NCBI GenBank assembly: GCA_035221665.1
Contig: CM069147.1
Location: 1,302,001 to 1,366,000 of the forward strand
Length of the DNA: 64,000 bases
Direction of reading: 5' to 3'
Origin: Okamejei kenojei
Lineage: Eukaryota
Made by a program: the position numbers and the translations under genes. The notes below the pieces were generated by a model, which ran no database searches, had not been told where the DNA came from, and saw only the letters and a list, made by a program, of their open reading frames with translations. Positions 37,273 through 49,136 of the stretch are shown in pieces (the first letter of the stretch is position 1; every line of letters starts with the position of its first letter).

Positions 37273-37907
37273 CTGTTGTGCTGCTGCAAGTAAGAATGTC
37301 ATTGTTCTATCTGGGACACATGACAATAAAACACATGACTCTTAAACCATGCTGCCTTTCGACTTGTGTGATTCTGTGCGGTACAAAGCAAGATTAAAAT
37401 GCAAGTTGGAAAGTTGCAATGGTGTTCTTGCCCCTAATTATGCCAATGTTTGCATTTAGTCAAAATACTGGAAGTTCAATAAATAGGTAAGGCTTAGTTT
37501 TGATGTGCATTTCATTTTCCCCAAAGAATATGTTGAATTACTGTTCAATAAGCATCATCACATTGAGTTGCCCTCAAAGTGTTTGGTCATCAGGATGGGA
37601 CTTTACTAACCATTGTTGAATTGTTTCAGATTATAGTAAGTTATGTAAATTGACTCAGAAAACCAGCGGAAATGAGAACTATGGTGCTCGGGGGACTGCG
37701 CTTGTTTTATTATTTATGAAAGAGAATATCCCTTTTAGATGCTTGGGACCATGTTATTGTGAACTGGAACTGGGTTTTCATGATATCAAGAATGTTTTGA
37801 AAAGTATGATTATTGTGGGCCCCCCAGGTAATAGTGATGGAGACCGTCTAGGTGCGACGTACAGTATATCAGTATATACAGTATGTGATTTACAGTATAT
37901 AGTCTGT

Positions 37908-38683
37908 TTCCTTCTCCTCCGCGTCCTAGCTCTTCCACAGCCTACTGTCTCCGCCTCATCCTTTCTTTTTCCCGCCCCCCCCCCGACATCAGTCTGAAGA
38001 AGGGTCACGACCCGAAACATCACCTATTCCTTCGCTCCACAGATGCTGCCTGACCCGCTGAGTTACTCCAGCACTCTGTGAAACGTCACCTATCCATGTT
38101 CTCCACAGATGCTGCCTGACCCGCTGAGTTACTCCAGCACTCTGTGAAACGTCACCTATCCATGTTCTCCACAGATGCTGCCTGACCCGCTGAGTTACTC
38201 CAGCACTCTGTGAAACGTCACCTATCCATGTTCTCCACAGATGCTGCCTGACCTGCTGAGTTACTCCAGCACTCTGTGAAACGTCACCTATCCATGTTCT
38301 CCACAGATGCTGCCTGACCCGCTGAGTTACTCCAGCACTCTGTGAAACGTCACCTATCCATGTTCTCCACAGATGCTGCCTGACCTGCTGAGTTACTCCA
38401 GCACTCTGTGCAAACGTCACCTATCCATGTTCTCCACAGATGCTGCCTGACCCGCTGAGTTACTCCAGCACTCTGTGAAACGTCACCTATCCATGTTCTC
38501 CACAGATGCTGCCTGACCCGCTGAGTTACTCCAGCACTCTGTGAAACGTCACCTATCCATGTTCTCCACAGATGCTGCCTGACCTGCTGAGTTACTCCAG
38601 CACTCTGTGAAACGTCACCTATCCATGTTCTCCACAGATGCTGCCTGACCCGCTGAGTTACTCCAGCACTCTGTGTCTATCTT
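37908..38683 (+). repeat. Penelope-like pyrimidine-rich leader, hammerhead core (37994) and about 10 x 66-bp array
   Basis: cagtctgaagaagggtcacgacccgaaacatcacc followed by the same unit as 33218-34616. Confidence 0.92.
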
Positions 38684-39707
38684 TGTGAATTGTACTTTAT
38701 AATTTACAATAGCTTAGAGAACATTTTCTGTGGCCATTTTAACAGCCTTAGGAGATGAAATTGAAATGGATTTAAACGTTTTAGTGTGCAAGAAAATGAA
38801 AGTCTAAATTTGGCACGTGTCATTGTTCTCCACCCATGCAATTAGATAACATTATAAGAGGCAGAGACAGGGTAGGCAGCGAGAGGGGAGGGGGCCAGTG
38901 TGATGAGGGTCTGATGATATTGGCTATCTTCTTGAGGAAAAAAATCTAATATTAGGACACTGTTGGCCGGTATGGGCAAGTTGGGTCGAAGGGCCTGTTT
39001 CCACACTGTCACTCTATGACTCTGCCAGGTGACTTTGCTTTGGCCCGGGAGTGGGGGGAAATTAAAGAGATTTTCACTTACAGGAGTCTGGATACTCAGG
39101 GTGTTTTGTTGAGTAACATGTGCAGCCTCATGTTGCTGCTGGCTTGTACGACAAGATGTGGAAGGAACTGTGTGGAGGAACAGTGAGGCTCAGCTCAGCT
39201 CAGCTCAGAATGACGCTCACACACCAACTGTGCTTCGATGTACCTGCTTGTTGGAGAGGTTGCCAGCTACTGTCACAGTGATTAGGCGACCATTTGTACA
39301 AACAGACAATGGGGCAATTTCTGTGTAATCTTCTGTCAGACACAAATTTCAGATTCTCGCTCTGACACCTTCCTACTTTGCAGCTGCCAATCAAAGGAGA
39401 AACCTTCAATTGAGGGTTAACGATATGCAAATTATGCATGGGTGGTATAAAAGTCTGCCACAGATTAAATTTAAAATGGCAGAAAAGAAATGGAAAATAC
39501 ATCGCGAGTCTGCACTTAGAGATTGCAGAGTTGGACTTGAGACACAGGGAGAAGGGTGTGAGGATGGAGTGTGGACAAACACACCCAGTGCGAGCGAGGT
39601 CAGCCGTCGATGTTACAGCACTGGGCAAGAGGTCTCCAAAACGGTCTGGACATGTGCCGGGCGGAGGGCCCCAGTGTCTGACGCATGGTAATAGCTGAAG
39701 CAGTGTG

Positions 39708-39853
39708 CAGGATGGAACTGCAGATGCTGCTTTAAACCAAAGATAGACACAAAATGCTGGAGTAACTCAGCGGGACGTTTCAGGTCGAGTCTGAAGAAGG
39801 GTCTCGACCTGAAACATCACCCATTTCTTCTCTCCAGAGATGCTGCCTGTCCC
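39708..39853. mobile_element. Palindromic Penelope-like element with a hammerhead core at 39791
   Basis: Reverse arm ggaactgcagatgctg..gacgtttcaggtcgag followed by ctgaagaagggtctcgacctgaaacatcacc. Confidence 0.75.
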
Positions 39854-41488
39854 CTAATAGTGGAAGGAAATGCTCTACCAACTATTGGGAGTCACTGTAG
39901 GTGAGAAATGCCAATGCAAGCAGCAGGGAGAGAGAGAGGGGTGGGAGAACCACTGGGACAGGTTAGTGAACTCAATCCCCTGTGATCAGCGATGCCGGGC
40001 AGGACATCATTGTTGCCGCGGTACACACCAACGTACATTTACCCATCAGCTACGCTCATCGCTGCACTTTCTAAAATAGCAACTTATATTTATTTAAACA
40101 ATATCACTTGTGTTAATGATGCAGAAACCAAAAGTGACATTTCTGAACTTTTATTTATTGTGAAAAAAGCAAGTTAATCTTTTGACAATGTAAAACCAGT
40201 TATATTTTTCAAAATAGGTCCCACATTTAAATAATGACTGAGTCTCACTCACAATAAGTGAGGCTTGACAGGTCTGAATAATTATTTATAACATTCTCTT
40301 GATCTTAAGTGATTCATCTCTTGCCTGTCGCACGTTTCACGGCCAGTCATTTCATACACAGATGATACAATCGCTCATGATGTTTCTCTTGGTTTGTGCA
40401 CAATTAATTTGATGCAGATTCAGTAGCAGCTCTTTGCTGGTTGGGAGTGGGTGGTGAACTGGGCTAAAACGCGCGGCCACGGCTAGAGAACGGAACCAAG
40501 TCATCCAGAGATGTTGCCAGTTCCAAATGAGCAATGGCAGCAAATGCTCACAGCTCCTTCTCCAGAGTATTGGGTCGGTTCCATGTTAAGAAAATAATTG
40601 AACATGAGTCTTTGAAAGTGGCAATACAAGTAGAATAGTGCGGTGAAGATAGGCACATGTTCTCCTTGCCTTCATCAGTTGGGGCATTGAGTATAAGAGT
40701 CACGAAGTGGGAGATGCAGGTAAAGGTGATTCATTCCATCTGCCATTGTGTTTGACATGGACACTCTGGGCCAAGGGATCAGTTCCTGGGATCTACCGTC
40801 CTATGTTCAATATCAAATAATGCAGGCAAAAACATTAACTTTGGTAAAGTTTATATTTTGAATCTGCCCAATTAAACATGGACTGATCACCATATCTGTT
40901 TTTAAAAATTATTCATTAAATAAAAATATAAACAAAAAATTACTTTGATAAAAAAAAAAGATTTGCGAGGAAAATCTAATAATTATGCCAGAACAGTTCA
41001 TTTGACTCAAATAGTACTTATAATATGCAAAGTTATGCAAGAGTATTTTGTTGCTTCAAGCTATAGCCTGTAAATCAAAGAATCACACCATTTAAACTGA
41101 CTCCGAGATGCTGTTTACTGACATTCATAACAACGTCACAAAATATGCTTTACTCACTCACTTTGAATAATAAATGCTGCAACTGGGTTTGATTGTGTTC
41201 AGTAACTGCAGGGAGCAGACTGGTGCTGACCTGTGTGCGGCGTGGAGTCTTGTGGAGTAATCCACGTCTCTGCCACTTTTATTCTCTTATTCACATGCAT
41301 TTCATTTGTGCCTGGTTTTAACTGCTCTTATATGAAGAAGTTGAATTTTATACATTTTTGAAATTTATATCTAGCTGTTAATTATCATAACGTTTAATCC
41401 GGCAGCAATCAGGGAGTTTAAAAGCTATTGTGTATTTTTTTCTAAATTTCCTTAACTAAAATCACCAAGGACTCTGTTATTTGATGGT

Positions 41489-41600
41489 TAAGAAAGAACT
41501 GCAAATGCTGCAAAAATCGAAGGTAGACCTGAAGAAGGGTCTCGATCCTTCGCTCCATAAATGCTTTCTCACCTGCTGAGGTTCTCCAGTTTTTTGTCTA
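41489..41600. mobile_element. Internally deleted palindromic Penelope-like element, with an 18-bp direct repeat enclosing it and the adjacent MITE
   Basis: actctgttatttgatggt (41471-41488) and actttgttatttgatggt (42108-42125). Confidence 0.7.
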
Positions 41601-41601
41601 A

Positions 41602-42105
41602 AGGGCCTGTCCCACTAGCATGCGACTGTGGTCGCTTGAGGCGTACGGCCTCGTGGGGCTGGACCCACTTCGATCGTCGGATGCGTATGGAGTTGTGCGG
41701 GGCTGGTCCCGACATCGCGCGGGGCTCCGAAAAACTGACACTACTCAAAAATTCCACGTGGCAACGGCCTGTCGGCCTGCAGCCGCATCGAGGACGTGCG
41801 CAACGTCTCGACGTCGTACGCAGCGTCTTGACGGCGTACGCCTAGCGCATGGTGTTGCGCGATGATGTCACCGCCCGGCGTGCCATTGCGTGATGACGTC
41901 ACCGCCAGACGCCGTGCGATGTCCAAATTCAGTCGGCCCGCCTCCTGCCCAGCTGATTGGTGAGTATGATGTCGGGACCAGCCCCGCACAACTCCATACG
42001 GCTCCGCGGTTGGGCGTGGGACCGGCCCCGCGAGGCCGTACGCCTCAAGCGACCATGTTTGGGCGCGCTAGACGCATGCAGTCGCATGCTGGTGGGACAG
42101 GCCCT
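41602..42105. mobile_element. PIF/Harbinger-type MITE, 504 bp
   Basis: TIR AGGGCCTGTCCCAC(T/C)AGCATGCGACTG (27 bp, 1 mismatch), further subterminal inverted blocks out to ~110-140 bp, 3-bp TAA TSD (41599-41601 and 42106-42108), CpG-rich, no transposase. Confidence 0.85.
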
Positions 42106-42227
42106 TAACTTTGTTATTTGATGGTGTTGGTTGATGTTGGATACTCACTGTGGATCGGAGAGGCTGTTTCTTGGCCGACTGTCTCTGTCACTGCCATGCT
42201 GCGAAACGACTTTATTTTCCTACGTGG

Positions 42228-42465
42228 TTCAGAAGTTCATAAGTAAAAGGAGCAGAATTGGGCCATTCGGCCCATCAAGTTCACTCTGCCATTCAATCGT
42301 GGCTGATCTATCTCTCCCTCCTCACCCCATTCTCCTGCCTTCTTCCCATAACCCCGACACCCGTACTAATCAAGAATCTATCTATCTCTGCCTTAAAAAT
42401 ATCCGCTGACTTTACTTCCACAGCCTTCTGTGACAATGAATTCCACAGATTCACCACCCTCTGAC
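42228..42465 (-). mobile_element. CR1 3' fragment
   Basis: Matches 5370-5545 and 52600-52832. Confidence 0.8.
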
Positions 42466-42672
42466 TAGCACTGTGCCAGGGCTGTTGAAACCTGCTTCCT
42501 CACCATCGCCTTGTTGAGATGCCCAGCACTGTGCACTGTTGGTCATGTCAGCTTATTCACATGCCCACTGGCTAAATCTTAATCATTCTCATATTGCTGG
42601 AAATACCCAACAGGTCAGGCAGCATCTAAAGAAAGAGAATGTCTGTTGAACGTTCTTAGACTGATCTTTGCC

Positions 42673-42984
42673 TGGCACGGTGGCGCAGCGGTTAGAGTCG
42701 CAGCCTTGCAGCCTTGCAGCGCCGGAGACCCGGGTTCGAACCCGACTACGGGCGCTGTCTGTACGGAGTTTATACGTTCTCCCCGTGACCTGTGTGGGTT
42801 TTCTCCGAGATATTCGGTTTCCTCTCACACTCCAAAGACGTCCAGGTTTGTAGGTTAATTAGCTTGGTAAATGTAAAAATTGTCCCTAGTGTGTGTAGGA
42901 TTCTGTCAGTGTGTGGGGAATGCTTGTTGGCGTGGACTTGGTGGGCAGAAGGGCCTGTTTCTGCGCCGTATCTCAAAACTAAAC
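42673..42984 (+). mobile_element. V-SINE (HE1-like), full length, inserted in an old palindromic Penelope-like copy (42590-43085)
   Basis: A box tggcgcagcgg, B box gggttcgaaccc, V domain, tail gaagggcctgtttctgcgccgtatctcaaaactaaac. Confidence 0.88.
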
Positions 42985-45159
42985 CGGAAACGTTGACTCA
43001 GTTTCTAACCCGTTGGGTAAGGAATGTTTCCAGACTTTTCCTTTCTTTTAATTTCAGATTTCCACCATCTTCAGGTTTGTGTGCTGACCAGTAATGTTTG
43101 CTGCTCCTGTCCTGACAATATAATGGCACCAGAATGGAATCAGAACTTGTTCTGAAGCCTAAAGCGCTGCAGGAATATATCAGCATGTTTTTATAAAGCC
43201 TAGGTATGTTTCTTCTTCTATCGTTTGTTTATCCTCTTCCCTTTTGCATGGCCATTTTCAATTGCTTACTGCGACACAATCAGCCCAAGATGCGATTGCA
43301 AAGGTCAAGTGAATCATTTTCTTGTCGTTAAGGTAATTAATTTGGATGAATTCAACTTGCATTTGACTGGATATTTAATATGCCTGTGGCAGAGCCCTAC
43401 TCATGAGGAGACGTTAGTGTTTTGGTGAAGATTTGGCAAATGGATGTACTGGCATGTTTCATGTGCTCATCTGTAGCGAGATGTGGGTTTCCGTCATACA
43501 ATTCAATGAACATTATGATTATATGGCCAGGGAGAAGCTGTGTGCTACTGAGAGGGTGAATTGTACAGGACTGTGTTGTTTACCTGATGCATTTAACACG
43601 GTGATGTTTCATTCTGGTGACCAGGCAATCTTTTACATCTCATCTCATATCCTGAACATCGTGACATTTGGAGAAATGTCTCCTATGCATTGTAAGCAAT
43701 TATTAAGTTGTGCACTAAGCATTGAAACATTTGTAAATTAATCTATGTTTCATACTTCATTACAATCGAGCTAATTTTGGAATTTCTCATGTTAATTGAT
43801 TAGTTGTCTAATAGATGCAGATTAATGGACCCTTGCCTCTTAGAATGCTTTGTGGTGAATTTAATTGTGAGTTTTGGCCTCGTCCATTGAAAACTGAACT
43901 CTGTCCCTTTCCTATCAATTGACTCAGTATTTTGAATCGAGGGTATTGCATGAAAAAAGTATCTTTCTTTGTTTTAGGGCACAACTGATTTGATAATTGC
44001 ATTTGAATTTCCTACTGTACAATAAAATCAATGTAAGGAACGCAGACGAAGGGGTGAACTGGAGCTATTTTTCCCAACACTTATTCCTGTTTGCTGTTAC
44101 TGCTTGTATTCTTCATATGCTGTCATATCTACAGCACATTAAACATGCCTGGGTGTTTTCTCAAAGGAAAAAAAGAACCTTATAATTTTCATGTTCTGAT
44201 CTCAGAACACGCACTGGAATAAACCTATAATTTTCATCCTCTAATGTCATTCATACAGTTTTTAATTACAAATACTGTCTCCATCTGCTTACCAGAGCTG
44301 GCTACTTACCTGCATCACCCGCTTATTATAACAGTCAATTCATAAACTATATCTCAATAAAACCATCAAGCTCTATAAAAATAAGTATGCCATTTATATA
44401 ATATAAACTGATTAGTATTGAGCATGGAACACGGTGCTGACATGCAATATGAATTATACGGAGACTGCTATCACATGTCAACTGGAAAATAAAACTCAAA
44501 TACACAAACAGCATTTGGTTTTCGCAGAACAAACAAGAATCCACAACATAGTATTTTTACAAAAGGGAAATTAATGCAAATAATCTATCTGTTTTTTTAA
44601 TCTATTTCAAATCAAATTAATTAGCTGTAATTGAGATGCATCTTGTTATTGTGGAGTCCTCTAATTTGGTCTGAGTCATTTCACATGTGGGCTGTGTTGT
44701 TCCTCTGCAAAGTGATGACAGATGCAGAAGGACAAAGACTTGGTCGGCAGCACCAGCAACACTTGTGGGGGAATGTGTGATTGTACGAGCCATGGTCGTC
44801 CGACAAGCAAGCAAACTCCGCCAAAGATGGGGTACCAGTTGATGCCATCCCACAGGCACACGCCGACGCGACAGGCGAGGCCAACAGCTGGCCCTCTACT
44901 GCTTGCTTAGTCCTCACCTCAGCTCGCCCTCGTCTCTGAATGTGAACAGTGCCTGTGCAGTTCTGATGCTGGAGATATTAACCTGTATTGTAGACTGTGA
45001 GAGTGCAATATTCACAGAGTGTTGCGCTGGTGAAGTTATAGTCCCTGAGTTGAGATGTAAAACGGAACCTTTGTCTATCTTCTCCAAGGAGAGTAGCGAG
45101 GCCTCTTAATATTCAGACCAACATTTATCAAATCAGAAACATCACCTAAAGAAACCAAG

Positions 45160-45655
45160 TGTGTCGGAAGGAACTGCTTTTTAACTGTTTTAAACCGAAG
45201 ATAGACACAAAAAGGTGGAGTAACTCAGCGGGTCAGTCAGCATCTGTGGAGAACATGGATAGGTGAAGTAACTCAGCGGGTCAGGAGAACGGATAGGTGA
45301 CGTTTCACAGAGTGCAGCGGGTCAGAACATGGATAGGTGACGTTTCACAGAGTGCTGGAGTAACTCAGTGGGTCAGGCAGCATCTGTGGAGAACATGGAT
45401 AGGTGACGTTTCACAGAGTGCTGGAGTAACTCAGCGGGTCAGGCAGCATCTGTGGAGAACATGGATAGGTGACGTTTCACAGAGTGCTGGAGTAACTCAG
45501 CGGGTCAGGCAGCATCTCTAAAGAAAAGGAATAGGTGACGTTTCGGGTCGAGACCTTAGAGTCTGAAGGACGGTTTCAACCTGAAACATCAACTTTTCCT
45601 TCTCTCCAGAGATGCTGCCTGTCCCGCTGAGTTACTCCAGCTTTTTGTGTCTACC
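45160..45655. repeat. Palindromic Penelope-like element whose left arm is expanded by about 4-5 (partly broken) 66-bp units
   Basis: Units at ~45215-45520, then ggtgacgtttcgggtcgagacc|agtctgaagga..ctgaaacatc and an inverted arm to 45653. Confidence 0.85.
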
Positions 45656-46003
45656 AGAAGATACCAAGTCCTTTAACTCAGGTTTTATTTCTAAAACGCT
45701 GCAGTGCATTAGTTGTTCTCCTGTATTTCCTTTTCTTTCAGGAGTGGCTACAAGTAGGTTCTGCATATTTTGGGCTGGGCTTGGAACCTTGTGAGCTAAG
45801 GTTTTTTACTGTTTGCATCAGTGATGCCGCTTCCTGAAGCCGATCCAGTAGGTGATGGAGTGGGTTTGCAAGCTGGAATGTGAAGCTGTAGTATTTCATA
45901 TTGATTGAAGAACAGTTTCATGTTGAGAAGGCTTTTGAACTCCAGTGACATCCACAGTTAACAAGGTAATGAGAACTGTGTGAACATGGTTTGTCAGGAA
46001 CAC

Positions 46004-46300
46004 CTTTAGACTTTAAACTGTATTGCTACAGTACGGAAACAGGCCCTTCAGCCCATCGGGTCCGTAGCGATCCCTGTACACTAGCACTATCATGCACACC
46101 AGGCACAATTTGCAATTTTATCAACACCAATTAACCTACAAACCTCTACGTCTTTGGAGTGTGGGAGGAAACTGGAGCACCCGGAGAAAACTGCAGCGGT
46201 CACAGGAAGAACATGCAAACTCCGTACAGAATGCACCCATAGTCAGGATCGAACCCGGGTCTCAGGTGCTGTGAGGGAGCAACACTACCACCGTGCCACC
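46004..46300 (-). mobile_element. V-SINE (HE1-like)
   Basis: caggatcgaacccgggtc (B box on the minus strand), V domain, tail. Confidence 0.85.
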
Positions 46301-47704
46301 CCAAAAGCGTATCACATATGATGAAGTTCGCAGAAATGATGAAGTTCGCAGAATACCCAATAGTGTAATGAGAAAACGCAGCAGCCAGTTACACGGAATG
46401 GTGTAGGACACTTCCCCATGTGGCCCTGAGCGGTACATTAGATGGACATTGGTTTTGCACGGAGAGCATATTTGACCAGGGCATTTAAAAGAAAACCTAC
46501 TCTTCTTCAGAATGAACATGTGACCAGTTGTCATATTCCATATTGGAATGGAAGTGTCTGCATTAAACCCCTGAGCACCACAGCAGTCACATAGCAGCCT
46601 GGTTCAGACGTGACCCGGCCATGTACAAGCTGCTACCCGGGTGAATCAGGCAGAATGCTCAAACTCTCGGACCATCGAGAAACAGTTTTTCATTTTAGAT
46701 TGTGAATTTACAGTACATCCAAATGCAGAAAACAATAGTTAAATTGATCACCACAGGGTCCTGAACAGCTGGTGAGCAAAATATTTGTTGTGGTAGATCT
46801 TCCTGGTGTAGGTTAATTCCAGGAAGAAAGCACATGTATTCCTATGTTCTGGATGAATATTACAATAACCCACCTTTGAACAGTTGGGTTAAGATGTCCA
46901 TATTAGAAAAATCAAAGTATGATTATGCGATGGAGGTACTGGTACGATGCCATGACATCTCGTTCATCAGTGTAAATCTGACTCATAATATCAACATGGA
47001 TCCAGTCACAAGGTGTCATTCGTAACCAGGTTTTTTAACACATTTGGTAATATGGAATTCACATCCAACGTTGATCGTGTGGGTGGAACCTACAGCATAA
47101 AGCAAGGGCAGTAAAACTCAGTTGTGCCATGCCCATTGCAACAGTCTTTATTGCTAATGTGGCCATGCAGATTTATAGAGACCACCTGCTCCTGTAGCTT
47201 TGCAAGATTACATCAGAGACTGCTCTTAGATGATAGACAATAGGTGCAGGAGTAGGCCATTCGGCCCTTCAAGCCAGCGCTGCCTGGCTGCCTTCAGTAA
47301 ATGACGTCCAGTTGCTAGCTCTATCCTCATTATTGCCGTACTGAAGCTCAGTATTGACGTGTCGATCGACACCGCTAAATCACCTCCTTCTGTCTCCATG
47401 TAGTTATGCCGGGCATGACGGTTGCTTGTCACTGATCTGTTGTGCCTGAGTGTTCTTCTATGTATTGATCCATCAACCTCACTCATTGAGATGGGACAGA
47501 GCACTTTGCAATCCACGGCTAAGGGCCCAATGCCTAACCCCAGGGGGGAGGGAAGATGCTCAGGTTGTCCCCACTGTGTCATGGTAGACACGCGATGACT
47601 GTCCTTCATCAACCACATCCATTTACTTGCAGGCACTCTGTCAGTGGAGGGGTTACTGTTTCATCCCCTTTGCCTATAGTCTTGCACCAGCTTTATTCTA
47701 CAAT

Positions 47705-47832
47705 CTGAAGAAGGGTTTCGGCCCAAAACGTTGCCTATTTCCTTCACTCCATAGATGCTGCCTCACCCGCTGAGTTTCTCCAGCATTTATGTCTACCTTC
47801 GATTTTCCAGCATCTGCAGTTCTTTCTTGAAC
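47705..47832 (+). mobile_element. Penelope-like hammerhead element, complete single copy with a mutated core
   Basis: ctgaagaagggtttcggcccaaaacgttgcc...ccagcatctgcagttctttct. Confidence 0.75.
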
Positions 47833-47887
47833 ATTTTATTTGACAATCAGCCTTGCCTCTGGACCTTATTCATTCTGACCATTCTTG

Positions 47888-47959
47888 GTCACCCATTCCT
47901 TCTCTCAAGAGATGCTGCCCGTCCCGCTGAGTTACTCCAGCTTTTTGTGTCTATCTTCC
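47888..47959 (+). mobile_element. 72-bp Penelope-like fragment with a perfect 11-bp TSD
   Basis: gaccattcttg at 47877-47887 and 47960-47970; the insert starts gtcaccc. Confidence 0.75.
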
Positions 47960-48237
47960 GACCATTCTTGAACCAAGGATAAGATTGAATTTTGAGTTGA
48001 ATTGTTCTGGCTTTTCCTAACCTGCGCATTGGTGCACAGGTTATTTGTGTATAAACAGAGAAACAAGCAACTGAAGATGCTGGTTTACAAAACAAGACCC
48101 AACCTGCTGGAGTAACTCAACGGGTGACGTTTCAGGTCGGAACCTTTTTTCACCTTTCCATGTTCTCCACAGATGCTGCCTGACCCGCTGAGTTACTCCA
48201 GAACTCTGTGAAACGTCACCTATCCATGTTCTCCAGA

Positions 48238-48599
48238 GGTAGAAACATAGAAACATAGAAAATAGGTGCAGAAGGAGGCCATTCGGCCCTTCGAGCCAGC
48301 ACCGCCATTCATTGTGACCATGGCTGATCGTCCACTATCAATAACCTGTGCCTGCCATCTCCCCATATCCCTTGACTCCACTAGCCCCCAGAGCTCTATC
48401 CAACTATCCAGCTCTATCTTATATCCATCCAGTGATTTGGCCTCCACTGCCCTCTGTGGCAGGGAATTCCATAATTCCAGACCGTCACTCCTACTCTTTG
48501 CCAACCAATTTTCTATCCATGTCAATACCCTACCCCCAATACCATGTGCTCTAATTTTAGTCACCAGTCTCCCGTGCGGGACCTTATCAAAGGCTTCTG
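48238..48599 (-). mobile_element. Internally deleted CR1 copy embedded among Penelope-like pieces (48065-48236, 48617-48652)
   Basis: TKIRAHGIGGRVLTWIENWLA is joined to LWNSLPQRAVEAKSLD, segments ~850 bp apart in the 58077-59975 copy; tail (CTATGTTT)n. Confidence 0.85.
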
Positions 48600-49004
48600 G
48601 GGGAGGGAAGGGGAGGGATGCTGCCTGACCGCTGAGTTACTCCAGCACTCTGTATATTTAAACGGAGGTTCATGCCTCCCTATTGCCAGTTGTTTTGCAA
48701 ATTATATTTCCATTGAGGACAACTGCACTTGTGCTTAGGATGACTTTGGGCTATTTTGCCTCACAAATGGTGGCCTTTGGATGTTGACAAAATGACAGGG
48801 TTTAAAGTGATAGTTGTCCGCGGTTGTTCTGAAGACATACGAATGCGTTGATCTCGAGAGGCCATGCACTGGTTGAGAATCTCGATGTGTGTGGTCAAGG
48901 CCTCAGCTGTACTTGTGGCCAACTAACGGTCACAGTATGAAGATGTTTCTGTTGTAAAATGCCACTGTGGAATGACCGAGCTCAGTAACAAACATCACTC
49001 TGAC

Positions 49005-49136
49005 TGTGCGGGAAAGAACTGCAGGTGCTGGTTTAAATCAAAGGTAGAGACAAAATGCTGGAGTAACTCAGCAGGACAGGCAGCATCTCTGGAGAGAAGG
49101 AATGGGTGACGTTTTGGGTCGACACCCTTCTTCAGA
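49005..49136 (-). mobile_element. Penelope-like hammerhead element, complete single copy
   Basis: gaaagaactgcaggtgctgg...gggtgacgttttgggtcgacacccttcttcag. Confidence 0.75.

Noticed and set aside
37739-37827. Possible exon (ttttag|ATGCTTGG...CCCCAG|gtaata, reading CLGPCYCELELGFHDIKNVLKSMIIVGPP)
   Set aside because: Splice-like ends, but the peptide is unrecognised and no partner exons were found. It would need RNA-seq support.
42673-42750. tRNA gene
   Set aside because: The A and B boxes belong to a SINE head that continues into the V domain and LINE tail, and no full cloverleaf is evident.
43074-43203. Possible exon bounded by ttcag and gtatg
   Set aside because: The acceptor lies in the decayed tail of a Penelope-like copy, and the reading I checked hits a stop with no recognisable peptide.
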